NCBI GenBank assembly: GCA_002189035.1
Contig: NEEC01000010.1
Location: 1,426,001-1,490,000 of the forward strand
Length of the DNA: 64,000 nt
Direction: 5' to 3'
Source: Utricularia gibba
Taxonomy: Eukaryota; Plantae; Magnoliophyta
The position numbers were made by a program, and so were the translations under genes. Below, piece by piece: positions 53,720 through 64,000 of this stretch. Positions within the stretch are counted from its first letter, which is position 1, and each line of letters begins with the position of its first letter. The notes beneath the pieces were generated by a model that ran no database searches, had not been told where the DNA came from, and saw nothing but the letters and a program-made list of their open reading frames with translations.

Positions 53720-54543
53720 GAATACCAGGCTCCAAGAGATGGTGATCCCAGGAACTAGTTTCCATTCCAAGGAAGCAAGGATGTTATGTTCAGGTGCAGA
53801 ATGACCCGTTTCATGGAGTCGGGTATCCGACCCATTTGACCTTCGTAGCACTCACTATTACACAGGACATGCTTTGCAGGGGGGTCCCACAGCGGTCCAA
53901 ATGCCCATTCAAAGAGCTAACAAGTTGCATTAAATAAACCTAATTTAATTCATTAAAATCAAATTCATACCATTGTCCTTCAAAATAATTGTTAACCATT
54001 AAAGCTTATTATATTGAATATTCTTTATTCCAATAAATTGAAATGTTATTATTTTAGCTTTATTACAGAGATAATTCGAAATAAGAGTTTTTAAGAAATA
54101 AAAAATTGAGATTGCAACTTTTACATTTTTTATTATAAAATGTTCTTATTTAATAATAGATCATTTCAAAAACGCTTTTTAGTAGAAAAATGCTGATTAA
54201 CATGCATGATGATTTTATGAGATCGCTTGATAGTAAAGTATTAGTATATACAAGAATATTGTCATTAAATATACTCAATTACATATATCGTTTAATATCT
54301 AATATAGAAATTTGAGTATATAAATGATATAATAATGTGAACGACAATACTACTATATAATTTGGAGTCATGATTTATGGGTAGGTTGATCAAAGCTTAA
54401 TTGATTGAATTAAACGCATGCAAGATTATTTTTTGTTTGTTATGTATTATTTATTTGAATTTTAATACTATGCAAATGATAAGTATAATTTGTTTTCATC
54501 GATTTAATGGGCACTCCTCTCTTGATTTTTCCACCCCATCCAG

Positions 54544-55271
54544 ATGTCTCGTCTTGGGATTCAGACCCTGGCATCCATCACTTCCGCCGCCGGCGCCAAC
54601 GGCTCATTGGAGCCTCCCAACTTCGACCTCGAGAATGACTTGCCGCCGGGATCTTTCTGGTTATCGGGAGACGAAGAGTACGACTGGTTTGATCGGAACG
54701 CCTTTCTTGGGAGAAACGAGTCCACGAAGGGCAGTTTTCGCGGAGTCCCCGGCGGTGATCCCAATCCCGGAGATTTTCAGTCGATTTAAGGTATAGAGGA
54801 TCTGTAATTGGATTGCCCAAAACCCAACAGGTGGCGTTCTTGGATTCCAAACGGAAAATCGTTAAACAGGGGAACCAATCTCTGTTCACGGCAGAGGCGA
54901 AGGCGCCTAGGAAACCGATGGTTTCCGAGCCGGGTTCTCCGTTTGTTACGTGCATCGGAAGGGTCCGGTCTACTAAGCGTGGCCGCAGAAAATCGAGTCA
55001 CGGGAAGAGGAAAGGGAAATCAGGGGGGGAATCGAGAAGCACCGAGATGGAGAAACAGGATGATAAACCTCATTTTTTCTCGACTGTTTTCAAAATCTTG
55101 AGGTTCAAACACAATACCCTCAGGAATCGTTCCGGAACCGCGAAGATGGAATCATTGCAGCGGAACGCAAGCGTCAAGGGGATCAAAATCGCTACGATGA
55201 CGGCGGCTCCAAGCTTAGGGGAGGCGAAGCGGATGGCGTCTCAGCGGTGGCACTGGACGGCGGAAGGGTGA
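54544..55271 (+). CDS. Conserved plant protein of unknown function, single exon, with one apparent -1 frameshift
   Basis: LPPGSFWLSGDEEYDWFDRNAF..RNESTKG, RFSVDL..SVIGLPK and EPGSPFVTCIGRVRS motifs. Adding one base in CCCGG at 54766-54770 fuses ORFs 54544..54789 and 54813..55271. Confidence 0.8.
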
Positions 55272-57141
55272 TCGGCTTTCCAGCTGAACCAGATGAAGGT
55301 GCTGGTGGTTCCCGGAGGCGGAGATCGGAAGTTGACGACGTGGCTGATAGGGAATATCTGCGACAACTACAAGTTTCTGTTTGGCCTTTGAATCTTCTTC
55401 TTTTCCAATTTTCGCGTTCACAATGAACATGCAGCACTGCAATTTACGCTTCTGCCCATACAAAAGCAGTCATCGTTCAGGCTTCTCCGTCTTTTCATTG
55501 ATACAAAGCATTGATAAATTCCATTATTATTATTAGTTAATACTTTACACAATAAATAAATTTTTAGTTAGTATAAAGAGTCTAATCCTAAATTTCAAAA
55601 TTACAAAAAAATATTTCAAATTATCAAAATCGTACAATAAAAATCTAAATAATTTTCAAAATTTTTAAAAATTGAATTAATTTCGACATCATGAACCAAC
55701 TCTGGTTTAAAATTCCACCAAAATTTTCTATTAAAATTTTTTGTATTCACCTCTGAAGTTCGATAAATCGAATAATACCATTATTAGAATTATATCATAT
55801 TTATATCTTATATAATTTGAAATGACAATAATTATATCATATTCATGTTTCATATAATTCAAATGGATGATAGTTATATCACATTTCATATGATATACCA
55901 TTATAACGATATTAGAATAAAATTTAATCAATGTTGATAATATAAAAAATTAAATATATAATTTCATAAAATTGAAGATAAATTATTTATAAAAAAAATA
56001 ATATAAGTGGTCTCTCACAAAATTTTAAAATTTGAAAGTTAAATTTTTTTGTAGTGAATGGTTCGTAAACTCAACCATTAATTTTAGAGAAAAAAATAAT
56101 GTGTTTTGATGAATTTCGAATATAATAATATTATTATCTACAAAAAAATGATAAGAGATGAATCCTTTCACGAAGAGCTCCGGGAATCCTTCACGAACTT
56201 GGTGGGAGAACTACAGAAGCTTTGGATGATGACGGCGACAACCAGGAGTTTCTTTTCAGGTTACCGGAAGGATACAGGAACAGAACGAAATTCCCAGTGG
56301 GACCGGACCCAGTCTCCTGCTTTCTGAAGGCTGTGTAGGTTCCATTCCTGGATGCCTTGTGCTGCTCTTTTATTCTCCGCTTGCCTTCCCTCGAAGCGAA
56401 GAATATGCGCTCTCCCTTGTCACGTCTCCAGCTCGGTTTCCTACATTGTTTGTTGTTAGCGAGGCTGTCAAAGGAGGCGTGTGAGTCAGTGACATTCAGG
56501 TTAAACTGGGAAAATGTACTGCGGAAGATGCTGCTGATGCGTTGGTGTTTTATCGAAAGTAGCATAGCCTTTTGCTTTTGAGTAACTTGATGCTTCAGTC
56601 AACAGAATCTTCCTTTGGAGAGCAAACAAGAGCAAAAAGAGAAGGAAGAAAGGACAGCGAACCTTTTGTAGGACGGACATCAGAGGTAGTGGGGATCCTC
56701 ATCAACCCACCATTCGTTCTTGGAATATGGTTCCTGAAGAGAGAAAAAGAGAACGGATCCCATGGTTTATCCTCGTTAATGAAACTGAAATGTGCCATGC
56801 TGAGGGTTGAGAACCGGAAAAGGAAGTCGAAAGATGCCGGCCGGCCGGCCCACATGGAACCTTCTTGAGCTGTCATCAAGATTGGATTGAATCTGATGTC
56901 CTTTTAGGAGCTTGGGAGATTCCATTCCTCCAGTGTGTCCTACCCTCCACACCTGATGTGTATGTGCATATAAGGCCTCATACCACTAGATGGATCATAT
57001 ATCCGAGCACCCACATTGTAAAATCCCGAAAACCATCAGAATATAGCTATCACAGCTTCTCACAAGACAGATAGCTTCAGATTTGGCATATTGGTATCTT
57101 GTTTTTTCAAGCTCAACACGAGGGAAGAACAGAGAGTGAGC

Positions 57142-58635
57142 ATGTTTCATCACCACCAACAAGGGAGGAACGGTTACCATTCATCTGAAAAGCACAGACC
57201 TCGAGATGCCAGATTAGTACTCTCAACTGATGCAAAGCCGAGGCTGAAGTGGACACCTGATCTCCATCAAAGGTTCACAGAGGCAGTGAACCAGTTGGGT
57301 GGGGCAGAAAGTAAGTTTCTTGATTTGGAACAACTGGATCGATCATAGGGAACCGTTTCTATTCGTCTTCTTTACTCTGTGTTCATGTATATGATCCAGA
57401 AGCTACTCCAAAATCGGTACTGAAACTCATGGGAATCCAAGGATTAACCTTGTACCATTTAAAGAGTCATCTTCAGGTAAGTAACTAGATTCCTTTCAAT
57501 CTTTGCATCAGTATCTCATGTTTTCGTGTATCTGTTCACAGAAGTACAGGCTAAGCAAAAGCCATCAAGGTAATAGCACGGCTGCAAAACCTGGTAAGGA
57601 GAGAAAAATTGAAGTACAGATAGGATAGTTATTTCAATGAACTGATGAGAAAAACATATGCCATCTACAGCATGGAGGCAAGCAGAGGTGCTCGGAACTC
57701 AAACTGGTATTCCAAGGATTGCAACTCAACAAACAAGGTATGAACATAACTTTACCTGCAATGCTTCATAAAACAACTAGGCTCATGTGCACTGTTTTTT
57801 TGGGAACAGAAACGTGCGTATAGAGGAAGCTAATCAAATGGAAATTGAAGTGCAGCAGCAGTTGCATGAAGAGCTTGAGGTACATAATACTAATATTGTG
57901 CTTGATTGTACCAAGTGGGTTGCACAAATTCATTCTGATGTAGTGATAATTGATTGTTCTCATCAGATTCAACGGCATTTGCAGCTGCGGATCGAGGCTC
58001 AGGGAAAATATCTGCATTCTGTGCTAGAAAAAGCACATGATACGCTCTGGAGACAGAACATGGGAGCCATTGATGTGGAGGCAGCCAAAGCTCAGCTGTC
58101 AGAGTTGGTTTCCAATGTGTCTAGCCAATCACTAAACTCCATAAAGGAAATTCAAGATTTTTTCCAGCGGCAGAATAAAATGGCTGCTGCCCGGAAAGAT
58201 TCTTCAACCGAAAGCTGCTTAACAATGCCATCAATCAGAGACCAAGAATTGTTGCTCCATGCTCCAAGTTATTTCGAGGAAAAAACAGCACAGATAACTG
58301 AAAATAAAACAAGTCAAAGATCAATAGAACTCAGACGGCATGAATGCGGGAAGGAAAGCAAGGATTATATTTCTTCAGGGAATCTTTACATGGGGGTCGA
58401 TTTCTCAAACGACAACAATCTACTGAATATGTTCATGTCAAATGGTCTTTCTGGAGGGAACCAGGGCAGCAGAAGAAACAGAATCGAAGTATTTAAAGGG
58501 TCGGAGGTAGAGGCAGAGAAGCAAGTCACCTACTCCGACATGAAGCTAGCTCTCTTCTCCAGAGCACTGGACCTGAATGCTGAGGGTGAAAATGAAGGTG
58601 ATTTAAGCTGCAGGGAACTGGATCTAAATAGCTAG
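57142..58635 (+). CDS. MYB-CC (GARP/PHR1-like) transcription factor, MYR1/MYR2/PHL8-like
   Basis: LVLSTDAKPRLKWTPDLHQRFTEAVNQLGG, ATPKSVLKLMGIQGLTLYHLKSHLQ|KYRL and coiled coil QMEIEVQQQLHEELE|IQRHLQLRIEAQGKYL. Six exons with GT-AG sites. Confidence 0.93.
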
Positions 58636-59276
58636 CTGTAGCTGAGTTGAAAATTTTGCCATCATTTGCATTTCCCCGCGGAAAAACCTGAGAGTTTGAC
58701 ATTTTTCTGTCGATGATATCATGTTATGCAGAATAGCATAAGAGCCGGATATTCGTCAAGTCGACCGATAGAACTTCGAACCTCATATATAATTAACACA
58801 CACAGAAACGAAGCTCAGAAATACAAATCTCTGAAACAATCATCTTTGGCTGAAAAATCACTAGGCATAATGATCTTTTCCAACTCATTTTTGGGTACAA
58901 ATCACCTGGGCAACTTCCCAGCAGGCGCTCTGTTTGTCACGGAATACAGGATCTCTACCATACACCAGATTATTGGCACCCAACTGGGAATTTCTTACCA
59001 CCCTGTGAGAGCTCACGTGTCAGGGGCCCATATTCTTTCTTTTCTTCTCTGGTTACCAGACGCCAACATGGATACCAGGGGATTGAGTAGTAGGATTTGG
59101 GCTGGAGTTCTGTAAGACTCATGGGTAAGAAATTTGGTTGTGGGATTTCACCAAAATGTATAAATATCGCGTCCACAAACAAGACAAAGAGAAGATAGTG
59201 TTTTCAATCGCCACTCTTCTCTCTCGATGGTTGTAGGAAGCAGAGAACTATCAACAAGCAGCTGACAAAGCGGTTA

Positions 59277-62200
59277 ATGGCGTCTTCTATATCCGCTTGT
59301 TTCTTCACCGTCACTCCAAAGTCGCAATCTTCGAGCGTGTGCAGTACAGCAGTCCGATCTTCGCAGTCATTCCACGTTAAGCGTTCGTTAATTATTCCCC
59401 AAGTTCCGCGAATCAGAGGACCGGAAGCTCGCATTTTTTTGGTTAGGGCTGTCAGGAATAACGGCGATGCAACTCCAGTACCGGCAGTCAGAACCGGCGG
59501 CGTTGTCGAAAGCGATAAACTGCCGTCTGATGTGCGGAAGCGGACCATGGAAGCCATCGACGCTTGTGGGAGAAGGGTTACTACTGGGGATGTTGCGAGC
59601 AAAGCTGGGTTGAAGGTGAATGAATCTCAGAAGGCTCTTCAAGCCATTGCTGCTGACGTCAATGGCTACCTTGAGGTCTTCCGTTCACATATTTCCCAAT
59701 TGATTCTTGTCTGAACATCATCAGTTCATATTGAGGTTCTTGAAGATGGCTCAACTTTTCTTTTACAAATAGGTTTCAGATGAAGGGGACGTTTTATACG
59801 CTTTCCCAGACGATTATAAATCAAAATTAGCTTCAAAGTCATTTAGGATAAAGATTGAACCCTTGCTAGAAAAGGGAAAGGTATGCAAAACATTGGGTTG
59901 TATGTAATCTGCGCCTCATATATTTTTTTATACTAAGCTCAGTGTTTTTCTGCAGATGGCAGCTGAATATGTAGTGAGGGTTTCTTTCGGAACAGCCCTG
60001 ATTGCATCCATTCTTCTTGTGTTTACCACAATAATTGCTATTCTTTCGAGTAGTAGGTAGGAGCCAGATTGTTTTTGGAGAATCATTCATTTGATTTTGA
60101 AAGTATTGCTATATCATTCCCTTTCATGTGCAGAGATGAAGATAGTCGTGGAAGACGTCGAAATTCCTTTGACAGTGGTTTTGTGTTTCACTTCAGTCCC
60201 ACTGACTTGTTCTGGTACACATCCCTCATATTTATCTGTTGAAACTAGAGTGCCATTTCCAAGATGAAAAGAAAAGAGAGAGTCCTGTGTTATTTTCTGA
60301 ATGCTTGACCCTGTGTCTGTTTGTCCACGCTGATTTTGGATCACTGGAACTTGAAAGATGAAAGACAACTAATGTTGCCGTCTTGGTTTGAAATGCACTC
60401 TCATGTGGAATATGATGGTTTAGATTTTTAATCCCTTATGAGTGCTTGTAAGGGTAAGTTTCTCGAAATTTGTCTGACTCTTGATGCAACGCAAAAATAT
60501 TATTGTGACTAATGTTTTGCAATAAGCTCATCCGTATCAAAGTTTTTTTGCAGTTTTCTGAGTTTCATGTAAATATAGCCTTGCGAGGCCTCTGTTTCAT
60601 TGAGTCAAATTCTCTCTTTTTTTTTATCAAGGTATTGGGATCCATACTACAGAAGACGGCCAGTGAGAGAAGGTGGCTTTGGGATGCAGTTTATTGATTC
60701 TGTAAGATAACAATTAATCTGAATTCTAATTGTGTATTTCTGGTTCCTTCATATATTTTTATGTTAAAAAGTCTTGTTTTCCAGGTCTTTTCTTTTGTAT
60801 TTGGAGACGGTGATCCCAACCAAGGTATTGAAGAAGAGAGGTGGAAGTTGGTAATAACTAACAGAACTGATTTCAGTGGTTGGATGCTCTAGTGCTTTCT
60901 CTTGTACAGCAAACTATGTTTTCATATCAACTCCTTGCTCACATAACACAGTATATGGAGTCCCTGTTTCTTTTTAAATAATGCGCATGATAAATCTTTC
61001 CTTTGAGATTGGGACAAAGTATCTGGATTGCCATTTTACCTGAGTCAAAATTTTCAGCCATAACAAACTGAATATGATCTGGTTGGTCTGTCTGAGTGTG
61101 CAAGAGTTTACATTGCCTTGTCCTGAAAACCATGTGCTTTTCCTGTTTACTTCTCATGATAATGTCTTGCAACCCGCATCTGCAGATTGGGGAATACATT
61201 GCTTCAAATGGTGGTGTCGTAGCTGCCGAAGAACTTGCTCCATTTCTTGATCTTGATAATAGAGTAGCATTGGTACTCTTGGTGTTTATAATTTTCGGAT
61301 TCCATTTCTCCACAAAAATATCCTACACTTCTGATTGCATCCTACTCACACACAAGGACTACGTTTAGACCTCTTGTTTTTCCCTTTTTCTGTCCACAGG
61401 ATGATGATTCTTACATACTCCCTGTTCTGCTGCGGTTTGATGGCCAGCCAGAAGTCGATGAAGAGGTTTTTGCTTTCCTTTAAAGCTTACTTAGTAAAAA
61501 TCTTACCACTTTGTAACACATGCATCACCTGCTCACATTTTCTTGTTAGACTCTTCTTAAGCTTTAGAATGTCACATTCTCCAAACATGTTCGAAGTCGC
61601 CTTCTACTTATGCGTTTTCGAAGTCTTTGTGGAAGCCATTTACTAGTATCTTGTTCTGCAACGTGCCTTTTATTGGTGTATGAGTGCAAGATTAATCTGC
61701 AGGCTTTTTCTGTTTCTCTCATATCAAATGGATGAACTTGCAGGGGCACATTCTATATCGTTTCCCATCGCTTCAACGCACGGCTGTGCCGCGGAGGAAT
61801 TCTCGGAAGGAGTACGTCGGGAGACGATGGGCCACTCGGGTGGATGGCCTTGAGTTCTTCAAAGAAAAGAAATGGCAATTCAGGTACTCCCTTCTCCTTC
61901 AACTAGTCGCCATCTTTTCTCTTCTGCTCTTGTGTTGTAACCTGTTGGACATACCTCCATCGCCAGTAAGACGGATGCATCTCAAAGGGCGATGGTGATC
62001 GGCCTCGGCGCATTGAATCTGTTCGGTTGCCTCACTCTTGGTACCATGTTGAAGTACGATATGCTGCGGTTTGCTCTCTTGTTCATCAGAATGTTGCCTC
62101 TTTTCTGATATGCCATTTTTGCTTGGAAGGCAAATGACTGTCGCCCCCAGCGGATTCGTGTCGTTTGTCGCCAGTATCTTCCCCTTGCTTCAGGTATGCA

Positions 62201-62630
62201 TTTCATAGCATGATCCTTCATCGCTCCAGTTCGTTGAGTTTGTCAATTCTTCACCTCGCAGGTCTACGCTGGCTCCTTCTTCTTGATTCCACTGGTCCGG
62301 TGGTTGTTTGTGCTAAACACAAACAATCAAATCGCGAAACGGAACACAACCAGGGAACAGTGTGCCAATGCACTTGAATCACCGGAACTTCCTCTCCGGC
62401 GAAAGGTTACCATCCGATTACCTTGGACAATTGCTGCAATTTCATGCCCCTAGGTTACCGAAATCTCTATAAACTATCTTTTTCAGCTCCTGAGCGCGCG
62501 AGACATGGCGCAGCGGACGTTTATCGGACAAGATAGAATCGTCTACAGCAGCGAAAGGGATCTGGTCGATCAAGACTACGACAGCAGGGACTGGGATCTG
62601 AGATTCAAAGAGATCGAGAGATCGGACTGA
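59277..62630 (+). CDS. Chloroplast membrane protein similar to Arabidopsis At5g03900
   Basis: Transit peptide, then GRRVTTGDVASKAGL, LE|VSDEGDVLYAFP, YVVRVSFGTALIAS, VFSFVFGDGDPNQGIEEERWKL|IGEYIASNGGVVAAEELAPFLD, SYILPVLLRFDGQPEVDEE|GHILYRFPSLQ, and a last exon ending RFKEIERSD*. About 12 exons. Confidence 0.88.
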
Positions 62631-63738
62631 GTCGATTCGTTGCAGAGCCACATGGAAACGGCTGCTGCTGCCGCTGCCGCCGCCGCCTTTCTCCTTGCTG
62701 TAAATTGCTTGGCAAACGCCGTGGCTGGTGTCCATGTAAACTGTTTAAAAACAATACGCAACTCGTAGCCCTGCTTTAAAAATGAGTTCTATAAATACCG
62801 GGAACGGGCAAAGCCAGCTTCTGGTTTCATGGGCCCACCGCCGACCTCAGAATACCGAACCGGCTCAGTTTTTATAATTAAAATAATTTACTTTTTATTT
62901 TTCGAAATGTAGAATATAAAATTTCCATTTTAAAAAATAATATATACATATATAATGAATTATTATTTTTATTCTATTATTATAAGATTTCGAATAATGG
63001 AAATCAAAATTTTTATCATTTTATGTATTATTATAAATTAATTTTTATTTCTAAATTTAAGAAATATCAACTTATTTTATTTTATCATTCTCGTTCTAAT
63101 TTTCGATTGGAACCTCGTGACCTCGATCCATCATATCGGATTTGATTCTGCTGCTGCTGTTGGTTGCTCTTCCTTCCTGGTGAGTTCGAGTTCCCGACTC
63201 GGGGTATTTGCGCCAAGCATTTCTTATTTTTTTTATTTAATTTTCGGCCTGTTATTCTGGTTGGCGATGAATCGATAGCTAGGATTTCGGAGGGGTAAGT
63301 TGGTTTTTTTTTTTTTTTTTTTTGGTTTCTTAGTTTGAGTGGGGTTGGGGAGTACATGGTTGCATGAACAAAATTTTCCGCTTGGAAACCCGTCTTCTTA
63401 GTGGTATTTTCCTGGTTATTTCAAAGTAAAGAACAATCTTTAACTCTGAGAGCTTCAAATATGCTGTTCGTCGAGAGTTTTGATGTGGTTGGTTTATAAA
63501 CGTGTAAGTTGAACTTTCTCATGGATGTCCAAAACGTTTATTGAGCAACACCGTTCACTTTTTTTTTGAATTTCCCTGAACAAGAGTATGCCTGAGGTGA
63601 AGAAGACAAGCGGGGTGCGGGGTGATGTACTCAGATGGGTGGAATTGATTGAGCATGGAGACAAAAAGTCTTAATCTAGTTATATTTTCATTGCAGGTGA
63701 GCTTGATCACACGATGGAAAACGCAAATGTGAGCCCCT

Positions 63739-64000
63739 ATGGCTTCTTTTCAGAATACCCATCAAAAGAATCGATCCATTTATGGCCTTTGTCATCGAAG
63801 AAAAGAAATATCCAAGGATTTGTACGAGTGCTGGTTGGGTCAGGGTCATGCCGATCGCAGTTTGAACACTAAATGGAAAAAGGTAAGCCAGCTATTACCT
63901 GTTGTCGTTGAAGCGACAGGAAAGATTCATTGTGAAGCACTAGTCCACACATCTCACTGTTACCTGTTGTACGGCAGTCAAGTTATGGAAGGCTCAGCTG
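63739..64000 (+). CDS. 5' end of an unidentified gene (partial)
   Basis: After a 5' UTR intron acceptor (TTGCAG|G at about 63696), ATG 63739 opens MASFQNTHQKNRSIYGLCHRRKEISKDLYECW..., which stays open to the window end. Confidence 0.45.
   Translation, partial: MASFQNTHQKNRSIYGLCHRRKEISKDLYECWLGQGHADRSLNTKWKKVSQLLPVVVEATGKIHCEALVHTSHCYLLYGSQVMEGSA

Overview
Gene-dense plant (eudicot-like) nuclear DNA with about 21 protein-coding loci in 64 kb and mostly short (about 60-200 nt) GT-AG introns. It also holds one tRNA-Leu(UAG) and a fossil MULE/MuDR transposon. The species cannot be determined from the sequence. The density suggests a compact genome, and the intact LTD and PsbP genes indicate a photosynthetic plant. 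Genes in order: partial unknown gene, DTW-domain protein, RLCK-VII (PBL) kinase, LTD, VUP-like protein, THI1, PsbP, PAT1, OTU deubiquitinase, GABA transaminase, a small secreted 6-Cys peptide, UGT71-like, PDIL2 (KDEL), CASP pseudogene, ELM1-like, tRNA-Leu, a condensation/PapA-like acyltransferase pseudogene, RopGAP, a conserved unknown protein, MYB-CC (MYR/PHL), At5g03900-like, and a partial gene. Two kinds of reading-frame damage occur. (1) At least seven frameshifts are each exactly one base missing from a short G/C run, most likely long-read assembly errors. (2) Other lesions are not of that type: CASP and the acyltransferase are decayed pseudogenes, and THI1 and ELM1 each carry one C-to-T nonsense codon. 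I found no clear novel multi-gene system. The best leads are loss of an EL1-type CASP, the THI1 stop just before its sulfur-donor Cys, a PsbP substitution at the D139-equivalent residue, and an unrecognised secreted Cys-rich peptide. All family assignments come from my own translation and recall, not from database searches.
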